Source: Haliotis cracherodii
Lineage: Eukaryota
Assembly: GCF_022045235.1 (NCBI RefSeq)
Contig: NW_027266275.1
Location: 36,084,001-36,148,000 of the forward strand
Direction: 5' to 3'
DNA length: 64,000 nt
The notes under the pieces were generated by a model that searched no databases, had not been told where the DNA came from, and saw only the letters and a program-made list of their open reading frames with translations. Each line of letters opens with the position of its first letter. Position 1 is the first letter of the stretch. A program made the position numbers and the translations under genes. Below are positions 1 to 18,585 of this stretch, piece after piece.

Positions 1-513
1 TCACGGCGTGTCAGCTTTATGTGGGAGGAAAGCCTGAATTGATGCAGGTCTCAGACGTTTACCACTTTGGTAAAACCCACGAGCACGGGTATGGTGCTGA
101 CAATCCTAGAAACATAATCGGGGCGAACTTAGGAGGACTGGGCCACCCGTGCCCCCTCATGATAATGAACTATGTGAGGAGAAAAATATTGAACTTTTCA
201 TTTATAACGCATTAAATCCTGATAAATGATGACAGCTAAGGTCTATGGACATGTTGTTATTGCAATGTTTCCAGTAGACACATTTGTGTAGCAGAAAAAT
301 AATATTTCTAATTTGCTATTTATAAGAGAGATCATGAGAAAGAATGTTGTGAAGTTACTTATTCTATTTGTTAGGTTCAAGACAAACATTATCGTGCAAA
401 GCATTGTCCTGTTTTCTTTCATTGTTTATCTTCTGTAATAGGCACTATTCCATGTTAATTTGGGTATAACATTTGTATTTACGCCAGTAATAACTTAAGA
501 GAAGTAGGAATTA

Positions 514-1078
514 TGTTTATTTGCCGTAAATTACCTTAAGTTTGTATTTCGATGACTAACTGCATAGAGCTACATCCCAGGTTACTGGGCCGTGCCATTT
601 TGAATCATGTCATCGGTATTTGTGTTCCCTCAGTTACATCATGTACATTACAATTATTGCATAAGTGCCATATTTTAAATTCATTTACTTCTGTCTGTTT
701 GTTAAGTTGTTATATTAGTCGTATGCTTTGTGCTATAAAAAAAATATCACAGTGCATATCCGTTCGATGACCAGCTATGACGTCATGGTTTGTTTACAGT
801 TTGACACGATCAGATGGTTGTGACGTCAAGAGTGGTGTTCAGTTATGATCCCGTTAGATCAAGATCAGCTTTGACTGGAGGTAAATGAATGCAGTGAGAT
901 TTAAAGTAGCCTACCACGCTGCAACAAAGCTAAATTGTGTAATTTAATACATCTTTATTAATATATATACTGGCTAAATTGGGTTCTGAATTCATGTAAA
1001 TAAATTTATAGTTATCGTTGACAAAGATATCCTGTTCTGCGTTTATCTGGTGGATATACAAACTGTGGTTAATCCAAC
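514..1078 (+). mobile_element. Possible LTR of an LTR retrotransposon
   Basis: Purine run aagagaagtaggaa just upstream, tgtt...aaca termini, internal aataaa. No partner LTR or coding domain seen. Confidence 0.3.
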
Positions 1079-3190
1079 ACTCTAGATCTGTCGAACTGTT
1101 CATGATTGATCAGCAACTTACCAATTAACAATATCAGAACACTAGTCTCAGCAGAATAAGGATCATTATAGAGAGTGTGGCATATAATTAGCAGTTAAAT
1201 ACCTAATATCAGTGCAAAAAAAATGAAGATATATATAAATTTCAATCAAAGGTTTTTCACAGGAATGATGAAAATATCTGGGTTAGATGTGAAATGACAG
1301 TAAAGTTACTGGAGATAATATCTTTTTGTGCTTAAAGTACACATACCTGGTAACTATCACAACAATGTGAAACATGACAATAAGCATGATAAGAGAAGTA
1401 ATTATACCAATCACTGTTACCACGGCAACCAGTCACACTCGCAAACCATGTTAACAGACAATCCATATGCAGTCTAATTTACTGCAACACCGACCTGCAG
1501 TTATTCCCAGCTTAATGGAATGTTATTTATAAACTTTGTCATGTAGATGATAAAGAATGACTAATCATACAAACTAGGTCACAGTATGGACTATGTGCAC
1601 ACCATATTATGTGAACTGGGACATAATAATCTGAACAAGCTACTTTTCTAAGGTTTGTTTTGCATCTTGCTTAATGCCACACAGAGCTATATTCCAGCTT
1701 TATGACAATAGCTAGTAAATTATCAGGTCTGGACGAGACGAGCCAGTGATTGACTAATATGAGGAACCATCCACGCCATCAGGGTCAAATGACGCTAACC
1801 AAATCACACAGACTGACCACCTGATCCACTCAGTCGCCTCTAAAGGCAAGTATTGGTTGCTGTGGACCTGTAACACAACAGGTGACTTTTGTAAGGACTT
1901 CTATGAGACCACATGTAACATGTTTCAATGTTGGGCAGGACCAAAGCCCATGTAACTATCAGGAGTTAAGTGATCTCAACAAAAAGCAGTCAATATACCA
2001 ATGCTGCCTAACTGCGACATGATCGGTTTCAAAGAGTCAAACATGTTTTCAAATGTTATGACTCTGGTATGAAAGAGAGGAGACATTGGGTTCCACAACT
2101 ATCAAAATAAACAGAATCTAATAATTCAAACACAATTTCGGGTTGATAAGTAGGCATTTTGCCAGATACACTCCATCTTGATTAATTGTGTACAAGATTG
2201 CCGGGAAATAGTTAAAGACAATAAAAAGCATGTCTTATATTAAATACCTTGGACATTTAAATACAACATGTATAATTACCCGCAGTTTTCCAATCGCAGC
2301 CTATGTAGTTTAGTCTGCTGATAGCATGTTTCAAAGCATAGCTGGCCTCAACTGCCTCAACATGTTCACAAATACTGATAAAAAAAGATGTGTCTTTTAA
2401 GGCCTTGCAAGATGTTGATGGTGTTTTGACATTTTTTTCTTGAATTTTCTACAAACTGATCTCATTGGAATGATGAAGTTTAGTTACTATTTTTTAAATC
2501 AAATTTGCTCATTTGTTTGATATTTATCAATGTGAGATTGAGACGGGCAACAGGCAATTTTAGTATGATGTTGCATTGAATTTACCAAAGTCATCCCGTG
2601 ACAAGTTTTCAATGTCTATTTAACACAAACTCATGATAATTAAGTCTTTCCTAATACATCTGTATGAATATATAGGTAAGAAAACAAAATTATTGCTACT
2701 ATCTTGAAATATATTCTTCTGAGAGTTTGTATGTCTGTTGTTGCCTTGGTTTGACTCTTGCTATGGCTACCGATTGGTGACAAATTGCTTACGATTAAGG
2801 CATTAATCAACAAAAAAATAACATGCATAATTTTTCAGATTAAGCTTATATACTCTACATACATTTACCCCCATTTTAGGCACATGCAAATATTATTTCT
2901 AAATCGTGCAGCTATTATGATCTTGGGACTTAAAAACATTCATCAGGTCAACTGAATATCTTCACTTCTGAAATCCTGTTTTCAACATGTGTTTAGAGTG
3001 CCAGAAACACACGTTGCCTGCAGGCTTGTGGCTATGCATTGAACTTGTGTCACGCTTGAAGGCTAGGATAGCAAGTAAATGGAGATTAGAAATGTGCATG
3101 TACCATCGTCTTTATATGCCATACAACGATATATTAAATACCACAAGTAAATAAAGACATATACTTTGCATAGTTACGCTGCCAACACAC

Positions 3191-3298
3191 CTTTTCACAT
3201 AGTGTTTTCACTTGGTTTTCTGACAGTTGCTTGCACTCGTTCAGTTGCTCTATCCATTGGTCAAGTTCTTTGGCCGAAGCCCTATCTTCCACCATCAT
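3191..3298 (-). CDS. PPP2CA: Serine/threonine protein phosphatase 2A catalytic subunit, first coding exon (rest of gene lies left of the window)
   Basis: Minus-strand translation [36 protein letters not shown] matches the PP2Ac N-terminus ([25 protein letters not shown]). It ends at a phase-0 GT donor (3190-3189), the same position as vertebrate intron 1. An upstream acceptor ttttatttcag lies at 3350-3340. No exon 2 (GDVHGQ) seen in 1-3190. Confidence 0.93.
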
Positions 3299-3618
3299 CT
3301 GGACAGATTTGATTTAAACTTCAGTTTCGAAAACAATGTCTGAAATAAAACAAAATTTAGAAATATGAAGAAACTCTGTGGTCACAAAATGAACGCTGTT
3401 CATAGGATCAAGACCAGACAAAATGGCCGCTGATTTTGCTTTTCGCGAATGACGTCATAACAACATGCACATAAGAAATGTTTCCAATAAATATAAAAGT
3501 GGGCTGTGCATTGAGACCAAACTATTTCCATTCGTTTACTGGAAGTCTTACACATCTAACTGCAGAGGAAGAAAGTTGTTCAAGCCATAATAACTATAGA
3601 ATATGATAATTAGTTTAC

Positions 3619-3797
3619 CTGCCGCCCCGGCTTCGAAACAGGAGATACAAATCGCAGCACCCTCTGGCGGGTGTAAGGTGCGCAACTTCCGCCCTGCAAT
3701 CTTTCTTTTTCCGGTCGGCCATACACCTAAATGGCCGTGATTCCATAGGGGGCTTTGATAATCCATTATTATCAGTAAAAGCTGCTACTAAATCGCC
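3619..3797. promoter_or_regulatory. Compact bidirectional promoter region PP2Ac/RACK1 with TCT/5'TOP initiator
   Basis: Pyrimidine tract ctttctttttcc at 3701-3712 (TOP/TCT-like start, expected for RACK1). ETS/GABP core acttccg at 3685-3691. CTCF-like ccgccagagggtgctg on the minus strand at 3655-3670. YY1-like aaatggccg near 3730. Minus-strand donor cag|gtaaac at 3618 suggests a non-coding PP2Ac exon just left of 3660. Confidence 0.65.
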
Positions 3798-9219
<5,422 letters not shown>

Positions 9220-9279
9220 ATGACAAAATGACAAATGTCAATGCTCTCGAACAGGGCACAATTTCTAGGCTTTGCCTGA

Positions 9280-9285
9280 AATAAA
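9280..9285 (+). terminator. RACK1 polyadenylation signal AATAAA
   Basis: AATAAA 60 nt after the stop, followed by a GT-rich tract (tgtgtgtttgt). Confidence 0.75.
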
Positions 9286-11324
9286 AAAAACATGTGATGT
9301 AATTGTGTGTTTGTCGATTATATTTCATGGGGTAAAGTTTGTGGTCTGAGGGAAAAAAATCTGCTTGGTAATTTAGACTATTGTCTGGCTATTAACGGTA
9401 ATGCTAATCTTGTGTTCCTCTTACCAGTACTTGGTAATTTCTAAGAGTTATGTCCCTTATGCAAGCTCCCTTCAGAGTCTACATTCAAATCTCACACAGC
9501 TGTACTATATCAAAGGGAAGTAACTATTAAGAAAAGAATCTTAGACTGGTACCCTGTCCTTATTGCAGTACAGTGAGGAGCGCAATCGCACTGGGGCAGG
9601 CTCACCAGTCTTAAAATAATCTGTTCTGCACATATCAGAAATAAGTTATGACGTCATTCTACATGTATCAAGGGAGATGAACCGTATTTTCTAAGCTTTT
9701 CAGTGCGAGAATTATTCGTCACCACTCGCCCCTTTCCGTAACTTGCAAGAAGACTCGAACCCCTATCAATGAATGTTATGTGAGAAAATACGACAAACCA
9801 ATCAGAATGCGTGTATGACTTCAAGTTCTTCGTCAAAGAATCCCTCCGAAATAATTTTTGATTTTACATATGTCTTGCATCGAATGTGCGTGAACACGCT
9901 ATCGCTGAGAAGAGCTTGGATTTCCCTATAGAACTCGGAATATTTAACATAATGTGGAGAGTTTAACACACTGTATGGAACTTTTAAAAGGGACATTACT
10001 CTAATTGATTGTTATTACATCACATTCGTCACCACTGGCATGTTCCATGACCTACAACAAGGCTCGTCCCGCTCTCGAAGGAAGAACGCCATGCGTTGAA
10101 ACGGGGCAAGCCAATGAGAAAACGCGTCAGGATATGGGTACCTCAATTAATATAATCCCGAGTATTTAAATTAATTTTGGGAATATTCTTTTGTGTATAT
10201 AATGTGGAAAAATGTAGATTGTCAGTTCTGCGCCGCAGTGTATACGGAGAACATGATTGTGTTATATTAATGTTGTTACTTGTAGGGCCATGTTGGTTGA
10301 TAAATTCAAATGTACACGTGCATTTGTTTACATTTAGGAAACGGCTCCCTTGACTGCGACATCCGTTCACTTGAGCCGTCACTAGTCTTGCCTCTCCAAA
10401 ACTACATTCAGTGTAATATCCATTTTGATGGTACACCAAGACATCAAAAGCGACTATGCTTGTAGGAGGCAACCAAAGGGATCGGGTGGTCAGGCTCGCT
10501 GACTTGGTTGATGCATGTCATCGTATCCCAGTTGCGTGGATCGATGCTCATGATCACTGGATTGTCTGGTCCAGACTCGATTATTTACAGACCGCCGTCA
10601 TATTGCTGAGTGCGGTGTTGAACAATAAACAAACAACCATAAAATATAAACCAAAATTATTTACTAATCACCTATTTAAAAACACATTTAATTACCTGTT
10701 ACATATGTAAATATATGTTACATGTGTAAATGTCACATCATCACACACACCAACACTCCCACACAGTTTCATCTTTTAAAGATGTTCATGTTTAATCAAG
10801 CACATCGTTTGTACTCTGCTACATGTCTTTACACAAGCTGATAAGATTGTAATTCTTCCTTTTCTTAACACCTTACTAATTTGCAAATAAAAGATGAACA
10901 GCTGAGGAGGAATTAGTTGAATGTCTTGCCAGATATACTTAAGTACACAAGAATATACAAGTGTATATATCAGTAAGGTTCAACAGGAATAAGCGTGCAC
11001 TGCTGTAAAACCAATCTTGCTGTAGAATGCGGGTAGAAAGAGAGTTATTGTTCTTATATGAAGTAGTTCGCGTGTTCATACTCCAATATTGAAACCTTCG
11101 ACAGGGGCACGAGTCTACATTCGACTTGTAACGTAATGGGACGAGTTTGTCACGAATGTGTATATCATAACACGATTATCTCCCTTAGACCATTAACTGC
11201 ATTGATGGTGCGGCACGGCTTCCCGATTTCACAATTCATCGCGCTGGCGGGGTTATCCTTAAACAACGTTTATATAAACGACTTGTGTTAACTTCTATCT
11301 TGATTCATTGTTCGTTAATTATGT

Positions 11325-11560
11325 GGGGGATCCGGGGTAGAATAGGTCTTCAGCAACCCATGCTTGTCTTGAGGCGACAAACAGGATCGGATGGTCAGGC
11401 GAGCTGATTTGGTTGATGTATGTCATCGTATCCCAATTGCGTTGGTCGATGTTCATGATGTCAATCACTGGATTGTCTGGTCCAGACTCGATTATTTACA
11501 GACCGCCGTCATATTTCTGGAATATCGCTGAGTGCGGCGTTAAACAACAAACAAACAAAC
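11325..11560 (+). mobile_element. Nin-domain (RUDI/HaSE-like) SINE, representative of at least 12 copies in the window
   Basis: Conserved core catgcttgtc(gtaa)gaggcgac(t)aa-cgggatcgggtggtcaggctcgctgacttgg...ccagactcgattatttacagaccgccg, (AAAC)n tail. Other copies near 10450-10640, 32257-32500, 34590-34850(-), 34970-35310(-), 42005-42249(-), 48918-49185, 54125-54663, 55993-56115(-), 57465-57810, 58428-58628(-), 59667-59870. Confidence 0.85.
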
Positions 11561-12399
11561 GTTAATTATGTACGTCTTTTGGGATCATGAGACGACATAT
11601 GCCACACAAACAGATCTACGGAAAGTATCCTAAGCATCTGATGCCTTTTTGCAAATGGTCAATCTTTCAGAACATCATTGCGGCACAGTGAATTTCATAG
11701 GTCCCGATTTACCTAAGAGTATTTTGTCATGAACCCGTATCATATTAGATAAAAACTTTGACGTCGCAATATATATTTTATAATGGCATGTAATGTGCAG
11801 ACGACGTGACATTTATTCTATGATTTAACGTGTTGGATTTGGGCGTCTTTACTTATTTATGTGTTTCTCACCCCATGGCTTTCCCATGGAGGGGCAGTTT
11901 CCTTATTGCAGAATACCTATTCAAGGCTTTGACGATCTATACCAAATATTGACAATTTAATCCTATGTATGGGCGACTATTATGTTAATATGTTTCCTAT
12001 TTATGAAATTAGAAAGACAGACGGACCTTGTCAAGTAAAGTTTAAATTTTACAAAAAAGAAATGCAAAATATCCTTTAGTGAATCAGATTTCATATTTTT
12101 AAAACTTTCGTATGGATATAATAGAAAATGTTTAAGTCTTTGAAAGGCATTCAGAAGTGATACATATAAGGAAGAGTATTTATGGAGGTGTACTTCTTTT
12201 TTTATGAGGAACACAACATTTCAGAGTATATACTTACTCCTTCAGCAAGTGAATAAATACAATGGAATAGAGAAGAACAAAAATAGTAAGATAACAAAGG
12301 TGGAAACTTAATAAATTAAGCCAACAGATACTTGGCGCTGATAGGTGATTAGCGATGGACAAATGGAAGCCAACAGAACAGAGATAAATGACAAACTTT

Positions 12400-12641
12400 G
12401 AACCCCATTAAATTACCAAGCCCCGTATGCATGAACAACAGTGGAGATCCACAAGAAGCCACCTACAGACAGAATATCAGTCTGCTCGAAAGGATCTGTG
12501 TTCTGGCAAAGATGGCAAATCCTACATCAGCGACCCCTCTTTCGTCAACCAGGTGAAAGAAGCTAACCTCACAGCCACTATGGTCGGCTATGACGTCGTC
12601 GACCTCTTTACCAACATACCTCTACCAGACGCACTTGACAT
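12400..12641 (+). pseudogene. Penelope-like element reverse transcriptase, 5' fragment
   Basis: SFVNQVKE...MVGYDVVDLFTNIPLPDALD, the PLE RT motif (S/G)xDVxxLFTNIP. Confidence 0.8.
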
Positions 12642-13990
12642 TGTTATATGTGCTGGTGTATGTTTGAATATGGGGTGTATGTATACTTTATTTGTTGATC
12701 AGTAATTAGGTGCAAATAGAATTGACTTGAGGTGAGGGGTTTTCAGTTGAGACAATTGCTTGTTATGAACAGCTTGTGATCTGACTGATTCAAGCGAGTA
12801 GCTTTTGTGTGCAGTTGTGTGTGTTAAAACACTTGTGTAGTAGTGGAAGTGCAATGGTGTTTGTAATTTGGTGATGCAACAGTCTTCTTTGTTTCCTCCT
12901 CCAGAAGAATCTATAATGTTACTCTGTGAAATGGCACCATGTCGGGGCTGACAAAAACTGAGATCATATTGATGAGCCTTCAACTATGTAGCACTGTGCA
13001 ACAACGATGTCTGATGCAGACTGAGATCATATTGATGCGCCTTCAACTATGTACCACTGTGCAACAACGATGTCTGATGCAGACTGAGATCATATTGATG
13101 CGCCTTCAACTATGTAGCACTGTGCAACAACGATGTCTGATGCAGACTGAGATCATATTGATGCGCCTTCAGCTATGTACCACTGTGCAACAACGATGTC
13201 TGATGCAGACTGAGATCATATTGATGCGCCTTCAACTATGTAGCACTGTGCAACAACGATGTCTGATGCAGACTGAGATCATATTGATGCGCCTTCAACT
13301 ATGTAGCACTGTGCAACAACGATGTCTGATGCAGACTGAGATCATATTGATGCGCCTTCAACTATGTACCACTGTGCAACAACGATGTCTGATGCAGACT
13401 GAGATCATATTGATGCGCCTTCAACTATGTAGCACTGTGCAACAACGATGTCTGATGCAGACTGAGATCATATTGATGCGCCTTCAACTATGTAGCACTG
13501 TGCAACAACAATGTCTGATGCAGACTGAGATCATATTGATGCGCCTTCAACTATGTACCACTGTGCAACAACGATGTCTGATGCAGACTGAGATCATATT
13601 GATGCGCCTTCAACTATGTAGCACTGTGCAACAACGATGTCTGATGCAGACTGAGATCATATTGATGCGCCTTCAACTATGTACCACTGTGCAACAACGA
13701 TGTCTGATGCAGACTGAGATCATATTGATGCGCCTTCAACTATGTAGCACTGTGCAACAACGATGTCTGATGCAGACTTGGAGAATCCTACCCCTGGTGA
13801 CTATGTCTTTATGTTTTAATAATGCGATATTGCTTGGCCGAAATTATTGCTAGGATGGCCTTTGTTATTATGTATGCCAGTATTGTGGGTAATGACTAAT
13901 TCTTAGTGTAGAATTAATAAACTTTTCTTAACTGCAGTTAGATTGTTGTGTAATCCATTTTTATTGTGCGAGTGGTTTTGTTTGACCACA
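12642..13990 (+). mobile_element. LTR-like insertion carrying the 63-bp tandem array
   Basis: Starts TG exactly where the PLE RT breaks, AATAAA near 13915, ends ...CACA. No clear TSD. Confidence 0.35.
12957..13778. repeat. 63-bp minisatellite, 13 near-identical copies
   Basis: Unit actgagatcatattgatgcgccttcaactatgta(g/c)cactgtgcaacaacgatgtctgatgcag. Confidence 0.97.
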
Positions 13991-13991
13991 A

Positions 13992-15783
13992 CTCAATTCA
14001 ATTCTTTCTTGTATGAAAGGCCACAGGCCCATATAGAATGGAGTTACATAACATATTTATAAGATACAAAGTCAAGGTAACAATTCACTTCATAATGCAT
14101 GATGTATGTTCAAAGCCAGGTGATGATGTGTTAGAAGATCTTATAGCATTAAAATGAGAAAAAGACCACTGTGGCAAGTACTTGTTTCTCAGATTTTCGT
14201 ATATAGGGCCAATAAACTTAAAATGGTATTCATCTTCGACAACAATATCACAGAATGGGCATAACATTTTTCAACAGTTGAAAATCTCCCTGTGTGAATG
14301 TTTAGATCATTCAGGCCAAGTCTAAAATGAATAATGATGTTACGAAAATTCCTGTACCGTAAGTTTGATAAATAACATTCTGGTTCAAGCAATGACTTGA
14401 AGTGGCGATTAGTATCATATCTTGAACTTTCGTAAATATCTGAATACTGATGAAACATATCAATGGCACGCATGCGAAAGTACTTAATGAAAACATGTGC
14501 ATTACCAATTGTCTGGGAGAGCCAGATGAAACCAAAGCCATATGTAAAAAGCAATGTAGTATACAAGAAGCCCGCGTGTTCTTTCCAAGACTATCTAGGT
14601 GTACAAGCATGTTGTAGGCTTTCTTAGGTAAACGGTGTTCAGGCTTTCTTTATTTTACATCAATACTTCAAGCAACGAGTGTACCCTTACCTTTGAAACA
14701 ACATTTCACTCTTGCGGGCACTCGACCACCTCTACCAAATATAACACTATTTGTTTTATCAAGATGAATACTAAGTTTGCATTTATCTAAATATTCCGAA
14801 AGTATGCCAAGCTGCTTCTGCAGACCAATAATAGTACTAGACATCAAAATCGCATCATCTGCAAAAAGTAGTATGAAAAGTTCTATTATGTCAGGGAAGA
14901 GCTGGACGCCATGTCTACCAGACTGCATGATATCAACATATAACTCATTTATAAAAAAAGAGAGAAAAGTATAGGACTTAAAACACTTTGGCGTAAGCCT
15001 ATCGGGTGATTAAAAAAGTCACTTTTAGTATCACCACAGCAAACAAATAAGTTTACATTTGCATACATTGATTTAACAATAGTAAAACATTTTGCTTCCT
15101 AAACCCTTATTTTTCAAACAGCTCCGCAATTTTGCTCTATTTACAGAATCAAATGCCTTTTTAAAATCAACAAAGGCCACGTACAGCTTGCATTTGCTGT
15201 TGGATAAATATTTCTCAATGACTGCATACAAAGTAAATATGTGGTCAAAAACCGAATAGTCCTTTCTAAATCCCGCTTGTGTTTCAGGAATCAAATCTCT
15301 CATATTTGACCACTGTGTCTATTATTGATGATAGTGAGTGAGTATGGTTTTACGCCGCTTTTAGCAATATTCCCGCAATATCACGGCGGGGGACACCAGA
15401 AATGGGCTTCACACATTGTACCCATGTCGGGAATCGAACCCGGGTCTTCTGTGTGACAAGCGAACGCTTTAACCACTAGGCTACCCGACCGCCCTTATTG
15501 ATGATAGAAGTAAATGCTTTACAAAGAATACTAGTGAGAGATATACCCGATAACTGTCAGGATTGTTTACGTTTCCATTCTTAAATAACGGAATAATAAT
15601 AGATTTTGACCAGACAGAAGGAAAAACACCTGTATCAAAAATCAGATTGAAACATTTAACCAGAAAAGGCATAATATCAGGTAATGAGTACTTAAGCATT
15701 TCAGCTATAACACAATCAGCCCCTGCCGATTTCCTGTAATTTGGAAGTGCAACAGCCTTATTTGTTGCCGCCTCCTGTAGTAT
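13992..15783 (-). mobile_element. 5'-truncated decayed non-LTR retrotransposon (RTE-X or CR1/L2-group RT)
   Basis: Frameshifted RT motifs KSAGAD, IIPLFK.G, QAGFRK, FVDFKKAFDSV, LFADDA. C-terminal CPFC..EDEYHF. 3' ggcctgtggcc hairpin and (AATTG)n tail near 13992-14030. Confidence 0.88.
15334..15494 (-). mobile_element. tRNA-derived (ACTC)n-tailed SINE (HaSE-like), representative of at least 8 copies
   Basis: A-box tagcctagtgg, B-box ggttcgattcc, TSD ttattgatgatag. Other copies 18207-18370(-), 38018-38185(-), 44972-45140(-), 49410-49572(-), 57130-57291(+), 60510-60677(+), 61124-61296(-), most with clear 10-14 bp TSDs. Confidence 0.92.
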
Positions 15784-16587
15784 CTTTAACAACATTCTCC
15801 ACAACAAGCTCCAAAATAGAATTGAAGACATAGATACCAAACACCATAGACAGCATCATGAAGCTAGGCTCCAGCTGCTTTGTCTCATCATATTTTACTT
15901 TCAAAACCAAGATCTACAATCAAATCCTCGCACTGCTTATGGGCTCCCCTCTATCTCCACTCATCAATGAAATCTTCATGACACCCTTTGAAGAACCAGC
16001 CCTCTCCACAGCACCATTCCAACCCCTCTGCTGGTACCGAAGAGTAGACGACACATTCACCACCATAGCCCACCAGAACGACCCCACAGAGCTCCTAAAA
16101 CATCTCAACGTCCAGCACCAGAGAATCCCGTTCACCATGGAGGCCGAAACCAAACTCTTCCATTCCTAGACGTGTCCCTCCAAACCACAGATGGACTAAG
16201 AACATCAGTTTTACTGCAAGCCAGCACACAGCGTACATCCACAACAACTCCTGCCACCCTCCCCAGATAACACAATCCATCATCTACACCCACACTCGAC
16301 CCTCATTCCCTCAGCAGTGAACTGGACCATCTTAAGGAAACAATCACTGCCTTCAACAGTTACCCTGCCCACCTAGTCTCCAAAACCATCCGCAAGACGC
16401 CCAAGAACTCTGATCACAGACCTTAACCTGCCCCATCGCCCATCAGAATCAGCATACTCTACCAACGCCTGGTCACTCATCAGATTTCCTGCCTCATCAA
16501 GAACAAGGTCAACATACTCACCTTTCCTAGCGGCAAGTTCATCAAGACCTATCTACAAGCCAATGGTAGAGGCACAAGCAGAGGGTG
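15784..16587 (+). pseudogene. Penelope-like element RT, middle fragment
   Basis: YFTF..KIYNQ..L.MGSPLSP, WYRRVDDTF, FTME.E, PFLDV motifs, decayed. Confidence 0.85.
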
Positions 16588-18585
16588 TATATTGAACAAC
16601 AAAAGTTCCTGTGACTTTGAATAAGATTTGTTGCAAAGTTTTTTACCAAATCTGAAACAATTTCGCTTTGCAACAGATAAAAGACTCCTGTAAGTGTTCA
16701 AATGGTTTAATTTGCCATACTGACTTCAGAAAATGCGTGATTTCATAAAAAAACATGAACATGCCAAAATGACAATTTAAAAACAATAGCGTGTGTGTCC
16801 ACCTCTGGTTGCGATGCAAGCAACACATCTTCGTCTCATGGAATGGACCAGGCGTCGCACAAAGTCCTGTGGGATATCTGTCCATATCTGCTGGAGTATG
16901 TTTCGAAGTTCCTGGAGTGTATGTGGAACACGTGGTTAACGTCGCAGGCGCCGATCAATCTCATCCCACGTGTGCTCGATTGGTGAGAGATCAGGGGAGC
17001 GAGCCGGCCAGGGGATGACATTCACGTTGTATTGTTGAAGGGACGCCTGAACAAGTCGAGCAATACACTTAGTGGCATAAGCCCAAACTCTCCCTGTCAG
17101 CATCCCCCCTCTCACTGAATCTGATACTCTTTAGCCATGATCTTATCAGTTGTTCCCCTGCTCCAGTGAAGCAGGCATGGGCAAGCTGGTCCGAGTTTGT
17201 TTACATTAGGGCACTAGTGGCATGGGCCAGCATGCCACACTAGGATTAAGACATAACACTCTCCAACCTAAACCAGAGTGAAGGAAACTGCAGAGACCAC
17301 ATGGAATCATCCAGACCACATGGTCACTTGTGGAATAAAGTAGTGCAACACTCATCTATTGTTTTGAGAAAGAAAGTTATTGAATTGTCAGCGAAATCAA
17401 CGAAAGAAAACGCATTTTCTCCATCCTCAGGTAAGCATTTGACGTAATCATTAATTTTACATGATTGGAATACAAAATATGCTCTAATGTGTATGTTTAT
17501 GTAAACTGATTATGTGTATATGGTGTATGTCGACTATATTGCCTTTGTTCTGTAATAGAATGTTTTGCAATTAACACATCTTATCTTGTCTTACCTACAG
17601 AAGAGTTTCGATATATTTATATTGTATTTGTAACAAACTAAATACCTAAACAAATCAGATGAATCCCACATATATGTAAATTTAATTTAGGTCTGTGATC
17701 CCTCTTATCCAGATGTTTCATATACTTATTACATATACCTAAACTAGTCTGTTGATTTGTAGACAATCAGAATGTGGAACTTGTATGTACTGTAATTTTA
17801 TACCCAATGAACCTATGTTAATACATGTAAGTGATCATAAATACTGTGGTCAAAGTAGATGACGTTTTAAAGTATTTCAGTGCATAAACATAATATTCAT
17901 TATCCGATAAAACTAACCAAACCCTTTCCATATTCATAAGAAATCTCAGTCTATTGTACGATTATGACTATATAATGAACATGTGTTTTAGAATCACTGT
18001 CAGATTGTGATGATACCAGGTGTTCGCCACATTCGTTACCATTCACATATATTACCAGTTCAAAAACATTTAACAGCTTTTAAAGCCTATTCTGATATAA
18101 AAAGATATGGACTAGATGGTCACTAATCACTGAAATAGTGTAATTCCGTAATTATACAATATTCATCACCGAAATCAAAGCTAGGTGAACCATCTAGTTA
18201 CTGGGATGAGTGAGTGAGTATGGTTTTAGGCCGCTTTTAGCAATATTCCAGCAATATCACGGCGGGGGACACCAGAAATGGGCCTCACACATTGTACCCA
18301 TGTCGGGAATCGAACCCGGGTCTTTGGCGTGAAGAGCGAACGCTTTAACCACTAGGCTACCCGACCACCCTAGTTACTAGGATGATTATAAGAACATGAT
18401 ATCATCTGGATAAGCTAGTTCTTCATGTATTCTCATAATTTCCAAAATAAACAAAATACTTAGAATTTTATACACATATAGATACACGTCTTACACAGTG
18501 AATAACACATGTATTCAATTATTAGCTGTTAAATAGTGGTCAATTTCACTTCCAGGTATGATGAAATACAAGGAAAGAAGGTGTC

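Noticed and set aside
12957-13778. CRISPR-like array
   Set aside because: Units are contiguous with no unique spacers, no cas genes are present, and the DNA is eukaryotic.
12939-13853. 304-aa ORF of 21-aa repeats
   Set aside because: By-product of a 63-bp tandem repeat lacking a stop in one frame. No domain or gene context.
17320-17430. Possible THAP-like first exon of the Academ-like gene (MVTCGIK*CNT...HFLHP|gtaag)
   Set aside because: Stops and uncertain frame. The C2CH signature could not be completed.
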